Shown here in pieces: positions 50,218-64,000 of a stretch of 64,000 nt of DNA. The notes beneath the pieces are model-generated. The model was not told the DNA's origin. It searched no databases and worked only from the letters and a program-made list of their open reading frames with translations. This stretch comes from Lingula anatina. Its lineage: Eukaryota; Animalia; Brachiopoda. The position numbers were made by a program, and so were the translations under genes. The DNA lies in NCBI GenBank assembly GCA_051362555.1, contig CM120640.1, positions 64,086,788 through 64,150,787 on the forward strand, written 5' to 3'. Positions within the stretch are counted from its first letter, which is position 1. Every line of letters starts with the position of its first letter.

Positions 50218-51621
50218 AGCGAAGGAAATAGCAAAGTTTGGGAGAAATCGCATGGAGGCTTCCCTATGACGTCTTTCGTGACTTACATAAATCTGCCTTA
50301 ATTTGTAACTGGGATTCGCTGGTGGGATTAAGGCGACTGTAAGATGTTTCACTGGTTTTCATCAGCTCTGTGACCTGCGCATGTCTCTACAGTTGCCAGA
50401 TCTATTACAGAGAAGATTGTGTTGTAAAGAGAAAGATACTTTTAGAAGCTGTACCAGGTCAGTTCGTCATAGGAAACGAGTGCGACATCACGTCTGAAAC
50501 CAGCCCGACATCGAATAATTGAAAATAAGGTAAATGACCCGTTGTGATTTTTTTAGTTGCTAGAAGTAGCAATATATCTTAGTCGGCTGAATTTATTTTA
50601 TGAATTAGAAATCGAATTATTATTATTTTTTTTATTATTATTATTATTATTATTGCAGTCAATAGGTCTGTCGTGATGTACGTGTTAGACAAACACTGGT
50701 AGGCCTACATATCAAATTTTTAAATTGATGTAGTTTATCAACATTAGAGTTTAAGTGCTTGTGTGCGCTTGACAGGTGGTTTTCTCAGGAAAAAGTGGTA
50801 ATAGAAAAAAGAAAGCAAAATTTTCCATTCGCATGTAACATTCATTCGATGCAGAAAAAGTGCTCTCATAAACATTCATCTGTAAGATTTTTTCTCAGCT
50901 TGGAACTACCGGCACAAACTGCTGTGATCGATAAGTGCTGGTGTTGAGGAGGCTAGGAAAATTCGTCTCTTATATTTTTAATCTTATGGTTTAATTCCTG
51001 ATTGTCAGATTTAGTCGTCTTGTAATGTCACCTAAAACCAAACTGCTCTCAAGGAAAATCTTACGGGTGCGGGCTAACATTTTACGTTCTATCTCAGCAC
51101 CGATTTCGACGAGTGATATAGGCCTACTCTAAACGCAGCACAAGCGTTGGGCGAGATGCGAAAAGCATGATAACCCCAAGGATGAAAAGAAAGCATTTAA
51201 AACGAATTTCTAAAATACAATGTAACGCTATTTTTTTCTAACACTCTTTGAATGTTTTATGTATTTCAGATTGCATTTTGGGAGCCTAGGCGGAATGTGC
51301 ATAACACTTGACATGACCGTCTCATACCAAAAATAAAATCGGCAATTCATTTGAATTTATTTGCATGTTACCCAGACTGGCTTCAAGAACTTCGCCTTGA
51401 AATCAATTTGTGATCAACTGAAATCTTAACTTTCGATTTGCTTTCACCTCAGTAAACTTACCAAGTAATAGCGGGTGCAGAGCAAATAATTTAAAGTAGA
51501 ATTTGAAATACCTGTATAGAAACGCACTGGAAGATTACGAGATTCTACTAGTGTCATTTAGAAGAAATCCCAACATCGATATATAGAATTGAGAAAAATA
51601 GTAAAGAAGATACGAAAAAAG

Positions 51622-52764
51622 ATGATGAACTACGACAAAAAAAGCCTGGAAGTTCGAAACCAGACGAACGCATTACCTTCAAATCTGACTAATGAAGATT
51701 GTGAAATATGCAGTTTAGCTCAACTGGATGCCACGCTTATTCCTATCATATTTTCGCTAATCTTCATTCTTGGATTGGTGGGCAATTCCGTCGTCATATA
51801 CACAGTGTTAAGAAACAAAGCCATGAAGAGCGTCCCGAATATCCTGATTGTCAGTATGGCGGTGGGTGATTTAATACTGATATTGATATCGGTTCCATTC
51901 ACCGCTGCTGTATACGCATTCCCACATTGGCTGTTTGGTAACTTCGTTTGCAAACTGAATGCCTTCCTTCAAACAGTTTCTCTCGGAGTAAGCATCTTTA
52001 CTCTTTCTGTGTTGAGTCTGGAGAAGCACAATGCCATTATTAATCCGTTCAAATACCACAGAGGCACGATGTTCCATCGCACAGTGTTTATAACGGCATT
52101 GGTTTGGGCTTTCGCCACAGTGTTGGCTATACCAGACGCAATTTCTTACTACACTTTCCATATACCGGATGAGGACAATAGCACTTTCAGGTCTTTCTGC
52201 TACCCTTATCCAGTATCATGGCCGCGCTGGTACAGTCGGTTCCATGTCACATTCCATGCGTTGGTGTACTACCTGGTTCCATTAAGTCTAATTGCATATT
52301 CCTATATCAAGATGGCACAACATCTGTTGAAGTCCACACACTCAGATAGTACCCCTCTTTACAATAATGCTAGAAGTCACAATGCGGGATATCAAAGAAA
52401 TATACATATTCGGCGGAAAACGGCCAAAATTGTTCTTGTGTTAGTAGCTGTTTTTGCCATTTGTTGGTTACCACGCCACATCTACCTTTTATGGTTTCAG
52501 TTTTCGCGAGGCAACAAATTCAGTGCTTTCTGGTACGTGTTCAAACAAACTGGGTTTGTTCTAAGTTTTTTAAACTCGTGCGTGAATCCTTATTCGCTGT
52601 GCATTTTGAGCAAGGACTTTCAGCAGTATTTTGTAAAATATCTGTGCTGTGGACTTCTTTCTAGTGACACACAGCAAGACAATTCATTCGTAGACATAGT
52701 TCAAATGACAATGGTTAGAAACTCTTCAAGGCGGTCAGAGGGCCTTATACGTTCGACTAATTAA
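51622..52764 (+). CDS. Class A neuropeptide GPCR, bombesin/GRP/CCHamide receptor-like, intronless CDS, about 380 aa
   Basis: Seven hydrophobic segments; GLVGNSVV; MKSVPNILIVSMAVGDL; WLFGNFVCKL; SLGVSIFTLSVLSLEKHNAIINP; FAICWLPRHIY; FLNSCVNPYSL. The VPN, VSxFTL, CWLPxH and NPxxL motifs are typical of the bombesin/CCHamide receptor clade. Probable 5'UTR intron 50530-51269. Confidence 0.9.
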   Translation: MMNYDKKSLEVRNQTNALPSNLTNEDCEICSLAQLDATLIPIIFSLIFILGLVGNSVVIYTVLRNKAMKSVPNILIVSMAVGDLILILISVPFTAAVYAFPHWLFGNFVCKLNAFLQTVSLGVSIFTLSVLSLEKHNAIINPFKYHRGTMFHRTVFITALVWAFATVLAIPDAISYYTFHIPDEDNSTFRSFCYPYPVSWPRWYSRFHVTFHALVYYLVPLSLIAYSYIKMAQHLLKSTHSDSTPLYNNARSHNAGYQRNIHIRRKTAKIVLVLVAVFAICWLPRHIYLLWFQFSRGNKFSAFWYVFKQTGFVLSFLNSCVNPYSLCILSKDFQQYFVKYLCCGLLSSDTQQDNSFVDIVQMTMVRNSSRRSEGLIRSTN

Positions 52765-52769
52765 CGAGC

Positions 52770-52902
52770 ACTTTAACCTAATCGGTTTGAGTTTTTCACA
52801 AGATAATATCCAAATTAAGAGTTAGAAATACCCATACTTTAACCTTATCAGTTTGAGTTTTTCACAAGATAATATCCAAATTAAAGAGTTAGAAATACCC
52901 AC
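52770..52902. repeat. About 66 bp tandem duplication immediately after the GPCR stop codon
   Basis: actttaacct..gtttgagtttttcacaagataatatccaaatta(a)agagttagaaataccca occurs twice. Confidence 0.9.
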
Positions 52903-55900
52903 ACGAATTATGAATGTGCGTGAAAGTCCTGGTACAAGTTATTTATTTATAAACAAATACTGGGTTCCCATACCTAGGTCGATCCATCTGGATCGGTCTA
53001 ACTCTATGGGGAGTCTCACCGAATCGGCTAGGGGTAAGATAATTACCCTCTAACAGTTTTACTAGGCGTGACAGACATTTAAGCCGGTTGAGTTGATAGC
53101 AATTTAGTGAGATTCCCCAGGGAGATAGATCGATCCATGTATCTGTGAGAATGGTCCCAAATATAATAGTTAATTATTGAATCATGATCTAAATTTTGAA
53201 AACAGTTTTATTAGGTATTTACATGTTTTTGAAAATCAATGAAATTGAACATTTCATGTATTGGCATTTTTCCAAGTCGTTCGCCTTTTTCCTTTGGTGT
53301 GCATTCAAAATATTTCATTCATTTTATCATGACTCTGTACCCCGGTAATGGTTCTTTTGGGACACTCCCGTTCTTTGTTTACTCTGTTTCACCGACACCC
53401 ACAAGTGATTGTGTGAGATCCGGCATCATTAAAAATAAACTTCAGCTGAAAAGAGTCGTATTGTTACAATTTGTGATAATGTCCCTGGCACTCTCTGCAT
53501 ATCAAACATTGATTAAGGAACACGATGCTTAGTTTGGTCCTAAGAGTTCATCAATTTAACGACCCTCACACAGACTCCATCCCCCGAGCATATTCAAATA
53601 CACGTTAGGGAATAAAGTCAATGGTTTTCATTTAAAACGTTTTGAGGGTCGATGAATTTAAAGCTGATATACGGGGAGTGGAATAATCCAGAGGGAAAAA
53701 TGAGTTAACGCAGCGATGGAGTTGAGGTTGTTCCTTTTATGTTGCTGATTAGAAGCTAATTTAAAGAATATATATATATATTGCGCATTTTTGAATGGTA
53801 TGTTCATGGCATATTGTATAACTGGTTTCTCCTCAAGACTTGTGGGACTTTCAGAAGAATCCAAACAAAATTGGTAATACTGGGAAATTGTACAAACACA
53901 ATACATTTTTAGACGTCCGATGATTAACTAAAGTACAAGCACGTTCATCAGATAAGCAATTATCTGACTACACTCATTATGTACATGCAATCATTTTTAT
54001 GATCTTTTCTTGTAAATTATGTAATTTTCTGGAATTAAATTCTGGAAGCAATCATTTTCAGAGATTCCATTTAATCTTCAGGGATTTAAAGGGACCACCT
54101 TAGCCCATAAGACGGTTAACCACCTGCATTCCAGAAAAGTAATTTAGCTTAAGGGCGATTTTCACAACACGACGTACTAAATATACCTTGTTTTATCGGA
54201 AACAGATACCGTTGTACGTACATGAAAACCACATGTTTGCAACAACATCATTTCTTGCTAAAGTGATATCAGATGTCATTGAGCTTTATTTATCCTTAAC
54301 ATTCACGAATAAAATTAATAGGGAAAGGCATCTTTATTGTTACATTGTCCTTTTGCTTTTGGTTAAGTACCACGAAGAATAATACCTTTTATGTTTATAC
54401 ACTGTGGCATCGGATTGCAGTTTAATGGTCGTCATAATAAGAGATCAAGAAGTGTAATGTTCGTACAATATTCATTAAATCCCCCTGCGAGCGTTCCTAC
54501 AACTGCAAATGAGCCTTTTTGCATGGGTAGGCCTATATACGATGTCGTGTTTTAAATACCTTAGCCTTCTCTAACTCAATTTCTCGTTTTAGGCGAATAT
54601 TTAGTCGTGTAATTTGTGTCAAATTAGGAAAGGCAAAAAAAGTAAAGCATGCTTATGGTATATGACTGAATACCAAAATATTCATTGAGTAGAATACATA
54701 TAAGATATTATGTAGAAATATTAGGTCCTACTTTTGCAAAAAAAAAGGAAACACTTTAATCAATGAATAATAAAATTAATAAATATCACACTTTTCAAAC
54801 GTGTAAAAGACGTTTTCATTTTTCTAGTTACGTTACAGCTTTGAACGAGTGGCCCCTGCGTTACAGACAGAAGATGCTGCCATCGAGATAAAGTTAAAAC
54901 TAATAATATGTGACATCGACAAGAAAAAGGGATTATCCATTTTTCCAGTCCGTACTGTACTGTGGAGTGCATTCCATATAAACCAACTGAAACTGCAAAT
55001 CGGCCAGATGTATTGAAGATCATCTTGCGGTTAACAATAATAATATAATAAAAAGAATCCAAATTGTCCAGTAGACTTTACAATGCAACGAATAAAGTAT
55101 AAAAAAAGACTAGTCAGAGTAAAAGAACATTTGATTAAAATACGAAAAATTGATTAACACAAATAATGTAGAAATGAAAATATTACTTCTTCACTTTCTT
55201 TAAGAAGTCGTTCATAAAAATTCTTTTCTAAAATTATTTAAAAAGAAAGTACTTGAGTTCCCTAATAAAGTAGCCGGAGAGGCTGTCATACGTTGTTAAA
55301 GTGGAAGAAAATTCCATTCCTTTGCAGCGGCTTTAAAAGATTTGTCACCATATGTGACGAATCTAGCCTTACAGGGTGTAAGGAGCAAATGGCCATCGGA
55401 ACGTAGAAGACGGGAAAGGGGGGGGGGGGTCGTAAGTTGATAATAGGTCGCATTAATATGTTGGGGTCAAGTTATAAAAGGCGGCGTGAGTATAAAGTTT
55501 TACAAGCAGGAAAGCTGTAAAATGTACATACATAGAAGCAAATAATGACACACAAAATAGCTTATTTTGTCAATTTGATGCAATTTTACATTAAGTTTAA
55601 CACCAAAATCAACAAAATTTTTACAAGGTTAAAGTCATTCAAGTTAAGTGGTAGCTGTGGAAGCATCATGTCTATGATGAGATCATTTTATCTGGTTTGT
55701 TGTCGGCTGGAAAACCAGCAATCTTCATTACCTAATAAAAAGTCCACCGGAAAACGACATGCATTTGGATCCAATTAGTTAACGTTCCAGGTTTACCTAT
55801 TCACGAGCAGATGAATATAAAAAAAGTTAGATGCATAGTTCTACAGTAGAATTGCAAACCAACAAAAAATGTCCCAATTTTATTTTAAAATCGATACCAT

Positions 55901-57911
55901 CATATAGCATACAGCTTAAAAGGCAGCTTCAAAGGGTAAACTAAGATTCTAAATCTAGATTTGGTCTGTCTGAATTTTTTAACAAAATTGGGTGACATTT
56001 TAACTGCATATCTGCTACCTTCTATGCGCACCTTGGTATCTTTCGCCACTGGGCCCGAGTAGGGAAGGGACGAAGGTCAATCATCATTGCCATCCAATTA
56101 TTACAAAAAATATCAGCAAGCTATTGCAGCCGATCTTAATAAAGATAGGTATTGTGTTGGGTTGTCATCGATTTTTGCTCACCATGGTTAAAAAGACCTC
56201 ATCAATATAGAGTGACACCGGAAGGCAACTTAAGAAGAAAGTCGAAGTCTGCGTTCATAAAATGCATTTAGACCAAATTGTTTTGCAAATTGCTTTATTG
56301 CATTCAACATGATGAATGTTTATGCAAATCTTTTACAAATGAGAAAATGTTTGGCAGATTAGTCTGTAAATTTATCCACAAAAGAGTGTTTATTGCAAAG
56401 TGTAGGTTCTGTAAAAGAAACGTGCCATCTGCACAAAATTACAGTTATTATAGTCATACGGACTTTTAGAGATATATGGACCGCCTCTTTTGCATGGAAT
56501 ACTCCATGAAAATCACCAAACGTCCTAGACTCTGAGTGCTGTTTCCAAAACTATTCCAAAACTTTTCCAAAACCAAAACAGCAAAACAAATATCAACTTT
56601 CCATATTTAATTTGATTTGATTCTTTACGTTACAAACACTTAGACTGATGACTATATATATATGGAATCAACAAAAGCTAAAATGTGGAATACGAAGAAA
56701 ACTGTCAGACACCTACTGTAACAGTAAATATCAATTTTTAAACTACCTTCAATGTCTTGAAATTTTGTTATCTTTGCTGTCAATTAAGACTGTGACACAT
56801 AATATATGGTATACTACAGGAGTAAGTATGCTTCATCTTGCAATTTCCAACTGAAAACGATACTATAAAGTCCTACTTCTCTCCTCAAAAGAATATTGTA
56901 AATAAAACTAATAGAGCTTTAAAACAATAATTTACTTTTTGCTAAAACATCAAAGTACAAAAACATTTTCTAAAATTAAAGTGTCTTTAGTTAATCCACC
57001 CTTATAGTTTTAGTCTACTTTGTACTCTAAAATGTGCTTATAAAATGTAATCATAAATTGTATACAAAATAATGTTCTAAATCTAAAGAATCACCACTGA
57101 CATCAAAGAAGCTACTTCCTGTAGTAATTTGCTTAAAAACATTTACTGGTTGTCTACATGGATCTACCTTTGTGAACCCAGTGCCTGAATGCCACTCTGT
57201 CTAATATACAAAAAAGCCTTCTGTTCACTGAAAATATCCAACATGTACAGTCATTTCAACATCTAATTTAAAAATGATATCCTAAAAAAAATAGCTTGCT
57301 CTATTCTTAATCTTTCTAAGAAAAAACTCATTAAATAATGTTACTCTCCTTTCAAGAAACAAATCTGCTCTTGACTAAGTCAGATGCTGCCTTTTACTTC
57401 ACTTGAAGTAATGAAACCTTCCATTTTACTACTGCCCAACATGGTTGTCTTGTTATTAAAAATTACAAAAACAGTTTCATCATGCTGTTTGTTTCCTACC
57501 CTCCTCAGCGTGATGACCTGGAAACAGTAAGGAGTAATGGTTTCCTGTCATTTAACAAGCATTAAAGAGTGCAATGCCTTCTTCTTGCCTTCTAATATTA
57601 TAAACTCTTCAAGATAACATAGACCCATACTGTAATTATATCCTTTGTGAGCTATGTAAAAGTATATTTTGCACTTTTTATAGGCACACATTGACCATTT
57701 AACCATAACATAGCCAAACAAAAATAAATTAATAGATTCTTTTTCACCATAGCATACCCATAAAAATCCCCTGTCAACAACTTTCTAAGGAAAGAAGGGG
57801 CTAAATAAAGATCTAACACTCATTGTGTCCTTTCATGTTAGCTTTTTCAAATGACTGGATTAAAGCTTTATCTCAGATGTCACATGTAGATGAGTCATTA
57901 ATTCTCCTATT

Positions 57912-60900
57912 TCAGATCTTCTTCCAGATGCACACCAAGTTATTATCTGTTCCTGCCACGATATACTCATGATTCCAACTCCCTGTAGCACTGTTTATCA
58001 CAATGGGCTGAATTAAAAAAAACATACTGTTAACAAAATGTTGTACAATATTTCTTAAATAATTTGACAATCAGGAGCAGATAAAAGAGCATACCCTAGA
58101 GAAAAGATATGATAGTAAATCCGTGCTTTGCAATTTGTGATTAAGAGAAGAACTGTAATGGAAGATGCATACAGCTGTCTCAGAAGATGCTAGGTCTTAT
58201 GATAAACAAAAATGGGATAATATATTTCAGTTATTGCCAACCATCATGACAGGCCCATTTGTGACCCATCCTTAAATTTCATGAAATTGACCCATTCTGT
58301 GTATCCTGAAAATGTAATTATTGAATAATTAATTAATTAGCAAATGGAACATCACCAAAATCAAATCTCCTCTTTCTTGACCCATTTATGACCTATCCTG
58401 TAAATTTCATCAAAATACATATATCAAATAAAAATAAAAAAATTAGATTGATACATGAAGTATTGTAAACTGGAAAGTGCGAAAAGAACAAACTCACAAA
58501 CAAATAGACCAGGCAACATACTCCAAACTCCGATATCCCCTTAAGGCAGATTTAGAAGTAACAAGGAAATGAATAACTCCCTACAAAGACATTATTAGCA
58601 AAAATCCAGTTTGCCAACAGCAAGTGTCAGGTCCCCAACTGTTCAGCAGCAAGTCCTCTGAATACCACCAAGTACTATTCAGTTATTGATCTTAAAAATA
58701 GCCAGAACATACTTCAACATCTACTTCAAAAATGACTGCTAGAAATTCAAATGCGACTGACATTTCAAGTTCTTTTTCAATTAATCATTGCCTCATCTTA
58801 CAACATCACATGCAAATCGATTATATTCTGGAACATTTCAGAAGGAATGGAGCATTATTCAGAACTTTATTTCTCTTAATTGGTTTTGTATGGCTGCAAC
58901 AGAGCAGGGATAACAAATAACATTCAGTAAATGTATGACTTCCAGGAATAAGATTATCTGTGAATGCAAGCATTCACTGAAACACAATTCCTGTAAATAC
59001 GTGAATCCACCAGGACTGTTAAGACTTAAATCATCAGATAAACAAATTATAGGCAAACCCTAATTGCAATATTATGACAACCGAGGAAAACCATTTTAGA
59101 GAAAACTGATTAATATAAGATAGAACGATTACTCACACCTGCTCTTTCTTGCAAAGATAATGCTAAGGCAAGAACAATAAGCAATTTGGATCTGACCCCT
59201 GTAAAGCTTACTGCCATCAACTTCACTTATTTGATCACGTTTCTACTTAGTAATGGCCATTTCACTGAAGGTTAATACATGATTAAGGCAAAGATTCCAT
59301 GATATTATTGCTCTCATTACTTGCTTTAAAACCTATAGATCATGAAAACTTCTTGACATTTTCCATTACATTAACTGTTTGCTTAATCTAACAGATATTT
59401 TGGAAAGACCTTAAAATTCAAGGAGGAGACTTACAGTTATGTGAGGGGTTGCAGAAATTTTCCATCACCAGTGAATAAGTATTAAAAAAAAAAAAGACAC
59501 AAGCAACACTTATATAGGAGACTTTTCCCTATCACTGCTGATAAAGTTTCCCTGTTTTTGAACAATTAGTCTGTACATAAAAACAAATGCAACTTTCTAA
59601 ATATCATTTTTTACACAAAAAGAAATCCCCAAAAAGGAGGAGAATTTAAAGCCAAATAGTCAGGTATCAGACATTTTTGTTGAAATCAGAATCTCTGGTA
59701 TATGATGTGGATGGCATAAGATAGGTTATTATCAATTTGGGCAGTTGTCTAATTTTTCAATCTTCAAAAGATTTTAAGAAACATTTTAACCAATGGTATA
59801 TTTCAACTGCATATGTGAAATACTTGGTCATAGATTGGAGGTTATGATAACCCACCAGATTGTGAAATGAAAAAAATAAAGGTGAACTATGAAGCTATAA
59901 ATGAAAAATTAGACTGTGTCATTAGAACAGCTCATAACACGGGTTGTAATACTATGTTTTCAATTTGAAATTTAATCCACGAAAACGGCAAAAGTATAAG
60001 GTGTAACGTTATATATGTAGAGAATTGTTACTCATAATACTTGATAAAATACTTCTTTACCTCTCCTTTATCCAGCACATCTCCCATCAGTTTTTCCTGC
60101 TCCCTTTCAGTTGGAATACAGCACTCAGGCCAGGGAAGAATCTGGCAAGAAGTTTATGAATAATTCACAAGAGTGTCAAATCTTTAACTAGACAGCAAAA
60201 ATGCAAGATCAATATATTACAGTATAGAAAAGAGAGAAGATCAAGGCAGCAAAGCTGTCATATGTACAGACAAAAAGCAGAAAATAATAATGCACAATTC
60301 TGCTGCAATAATACATTATGCTTAACAGCAAGTCAACACCAAATTTTAATTATACACAATAGGTAATATGGATGTAAATAAAATTTGTATCTAGCACAAG
60401 GCTTCAGGCCCATAAGAATCCAAGTTTACACCTTGAAAATGCCAGAATGAAAAAAAAAAAAATTAATCAGCCCTGCAAGTTTTAAAGCATAATATGTCAC
60501 ATTTTTTGATGTTATCTGTATACAGTAGAAAGAATATGCTAAAAAAGTGAAAAAAGCAGCACAATTTCTGTTAATATGATTTGATCAAACCAATTTTCGC
60601 ACTCGAACATCTATTCAAGCATCAAAGCAAATTGTTGAATAATACAGGAGTAGTGAGTTACACAAGAAATTATGAGCAAACAAAGGATGGACAACTTCTG
60701 ACATTAAGGATGGATAGTTGAAACTCAACGGTAACCATAATACAACCTCTGACATATAGAAACCAAACATGCGTCTAAGTCTTACCCTCGATGGTGACAT
60801 CAACTCGTAAGAGGTACTTTTCTTTATCTTTTTAGTTATGACAGGCTTCACATTGTAAATCCACAGTTGCCCCTCATCATCACCACAGTACACCAGGCCA

Positions 60901-63495
60901 GCATCTGGAGAGAGAGAAAGTTATACCAGACTGAACTCCATTCAGCTTAAAGTGCATTCTGATTCAGACTAAGACACATGCCCATGCTGATTAAGGTATA
61001 TCTGAGGTAACCAGAAAACCCAGGGTCATTCCACACACCACACAAAATAGATCTTAAAACTGCCATTTTATTAATTTAATAAAATGTTTGATGATTTATA
61101 CGTGGCACAGGTAATCACAAATCTTTATTTATGATTCATCATGAATCACAAAACTGTGTTATAGCACACATTTGTTATTAAAGTCTGAAAAATTATATAT
61201 ATACATATAATTAAAAACAAGGTATTAATAAAACTAAGAAAATAAGATAAAGATTAAGGTATATACTGCTAAATAGAACTATAAGGCAAAATACTCCTGT
61301 TTTTCCTTGGACTTAAAAGAGATGTCAATCTTAACCAAAATCAACTAAAACTATATTGGCTCCTATTTGAAAAAGTACAACTAGAACCAGAAATAATGAG
61401 GCTTTGTGCAACAAAGTGGAACAAATGGAATGTGGTAATGGTTGCCTGTAGAGACAACCATCCATGTGGTACTAATAGGCAAATACAGTTTCTTCCTAAA
61501 TTCCTTAAACAATTCAAGAAGCCTTTTCAATTCCCTTAATACTGTAGACACTTTTTATTAAAATAACCACAAAAGAATATCAATGGACAAAAATCAAGTT
61601 TATAAAAAGTTTCAATAAATTTTAAACATTTCCATAAATTACTTGAAAATGTAGCTTATCAGCGTATTCTTTAAAAAGAAATCTTACTTAGCACTGCCCC
61701 CAAATTTATGTATGGTGTGTCAACGTTTTTCCATTTCAGCCGTGCAATGGGCATGGCAGTGACACATTTACGGTTTTGGGCATGGGCCAATACATCCGAG
61801 AACCTCCACAATTGAATGAAACCTTGTTGGGAACATTTAGTTGCTAAAATTGGAAGAAAATGTACCATAAATAGTTCTGTTAAACTAGTTTTACAAGTTT
61901 TAATCCCCATGTACTTTGATAATACATCAAACTAATAATTTGACACTGAGATATCATAAATATACCACATCTTTACGCTTAAGCCATTTTAATTAATTAA
62001 AAAACATTAATTCTCAAATTATATGCTGTTTTATCTTTTTTAAAATCAATTTTACAGAACTTTACGAAATTTTAAAAAGATGTGCACAGTCTAATTGCAA
62101 GAGCAATCATCAAAGGGGCATTGTAAACATCAAACCATTCAATGATGAAATGTTCAGTAAATATACTCACCAATGATATCATTAGATACTTGTACTAGTG
62201 CATCAACAATATCATTCTGGGGCTTTGGAATGTTGATTTCAAGAGTGGGTTGCCTGCATGTGAAGATTGTATAATACTATCAGGTTACTAAGGTCTGTTT
62301 CTGCTGCATTAAGATAACATCCTCAAATCATTTCAAAATTGATATGAAAATGACATCTAAGAGATCAACATCTCTAAATTTCAGGAGTAAGTTCTTTACA
62401 ATACCTTGTACCTCTTCAGCGTTTGCAAATTAATATAAAATATTACTTGTAAGCTATGATTCAAAACATAACCGTGAAATGTTCTTGTACTTTAAATCTG
62501 TGATCACTTCTCTTTATTTAAGAATCACCTACCTGCTCATCCTTTTATCTAAATTACTTTTGTCAATGTGCCAGCCATAGCAGTTCTTCTCACAGCCAGC
62601 AATGAGGTAGTTTGAGAGGAATACAGTGTTAAGGACATCTCCTCCAGGACTCTGTAGGACAAGCAGCTGCCTAGATACACACAGCACGAGAAAAATTTGA
62701 TAAAATTAAAAGGTACTGTGGTAAACTATATATATGATTTAACTGAGAATGAAATAAAAAATACCAAATGCACAAGATTCAGTATTCCTCAAGAAGAAAA
62801 AAAGACCCGACATACAGGAGATGATAAACACATTTCCATATTTGTAAACATTCAATTATTTTGATGTGTGATATGGAAATTTCTGTTCATACAAAAGATG
62901 TATTCTACCAAACCCAAGGCAGCTATCAGCTGTAACTGTTTGATTGATGGAGGGGCAGACAGGCAGTATATAAAGCATTCAATGAAACTGGTTTGCTGAG
63001 ATTCACTCTAATCTATTTTTATGCATTGGGATGTGACAAGATAAAAGGCATCTAACTGGCCTTATCACACATCTGAAGGTTTAAAATTCACGCCAAACAT
63101 GCTTTATTAGTAAATGCTAACTTGTAAAATGACAACAAAGACCAGGGGCCAGTTAAATTTAATGTTTCTTATCAAAGTAATGTGTAATCTAAGTCACATT
63201 AACATCTGATAGAAAGTCAATAAAATGCCAGAAACGTAAAAAAAAAAGCTTTCTAGCAGACCATTTTGTAATGCTTTTAGCACAATCGGCAATTATGTCT
63301 CACATTCACTGTAGTTTGCCATAAATACTGGATTCAGGTTTTTTTTTTTTTTTTGGGGTGGGGGGGGTGGGGGGGTATAAGGTCATTCTGAATGAGACTA
63401 AATAAACCAGATTACTAACTTGTGTGAAGTTTTATAATCTGGAAAGGAGGGCACACCAATGTCCCATAATATCACTTTGGCATCAGCACCACCAC
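57912..63495 (-). CDS. LRWD1: Leucine-rich repeat and WD repeat protein 1 (ORCA), C-terminal WD40 part; 5' exons lie beyond the window. Exons 63495-63420, 62670-62533, 62253-62171, 61843-61688, 60904-60786, 60141-60061, 58007-57912
   Basis: DAKVILWDIGVP..|QLLVLQS..LIAGCEKNCYGW..|IVDALVQVSNDIIATKCSQQGFIQLW..IARLKW..|LVYCGDDEGQLWIYNV..|ILPWP..|YIVAGTDNNLVCIWKKI* parallels the human LRWD1 C-terminus as I recall it (ILWDIGVP, LLAGCE, LCGDEEGNVWLYDV, ILKWP, TDSNIVAIW). Confidence 0.88.
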
Positions 63496-64000
63496 CTGAA
63501 AGCCAAATATTAAATTCAATTAAAATTGGTGATGCAATCCAATGAAAAATAGTATTATAATAGTTAAAACACTCTTTTTCTAGTTTCATAGATGAAAGTC
63601 ATGTACTGAGGAAGAAAAATTATAAGAAGACTGAACATTTAGCCTAGGCACATTTTAAACGAGAGGATCAGAGAGGCGATACCGCCTCCGAATATTGTAC
63701 CACCAGCTGGAGCAAGCGCATTCGTATAGACCCCCACATACACAAAATAAGGGACACAGCCATCAGTCTTTTGCTTGACAAGCTGTAAAAATGCAATCAA
63801 CAAGAATTTTCAAAATATGCAAAAAAATATATCAAAAGTTCATCAAAAGGTAAGTGAAAGGTCAATTTCACAGTAAGATTGCCAGTATATGACTTCCTAT
63901 TCAACTTCAAAAGTAACTTTGGACCTATCTCTGCCAGTTTGGGAGATAAAAGGGAAGCAAAATTTGCAAAGTTCAGTTCGTGGTGAAAAGTAGGTCAACG

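Noticed and set aside
49989-50352. ORFs with YLFI repeats resembling a membrane protein
   Set aside because: Artefact of translating the (TAAA)n microsatellite.
63638-63782. Open minus-strand segment after a tttacag acceptor within LRWD1
   Set aside because: The translation does not resemble LRWD1 and runs into a stop without a compatible donor; probably an intronic repeat fragment.

Overview
AT-rich, intron-rich animal genomic DNA with GT-AG introns. The gene set and style suggest a bilaterian invertebrate, plausibly a mollusc or other lophotrochozoan (inference only). Eight genes were reconstructed by hand from splice sites and phases: the 3' part of TIKI/TRABD2 (+, after a >10 kb intron); P4HTM (-) head-to-head with WDR36/UTP21 (+); a secreted Cu/Zn superoxide dismutase fused to an LDL-receptor class A module and a WAP module (-); a TSSK/AMPK-related pseudokinase (+); an HtrL/YibB-family gene (+); an intronless bombesin/CCHamide-receptor-like GPCR (+); and the 3' part of LRWD1/ORCA (-). 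Several MITEs with TIRs and TSDs, small tandem duplications and microsatellites lie between and within them. The most striking item is the signal peptide-LDLa-WAP-Cu/Zn-SOD mosaic built from phase 1-1 exons. Next are the HRN/GFR pseudokinase and the bacterial-like HtrL gene. All family assignments come from motif recognition; no database search was run.
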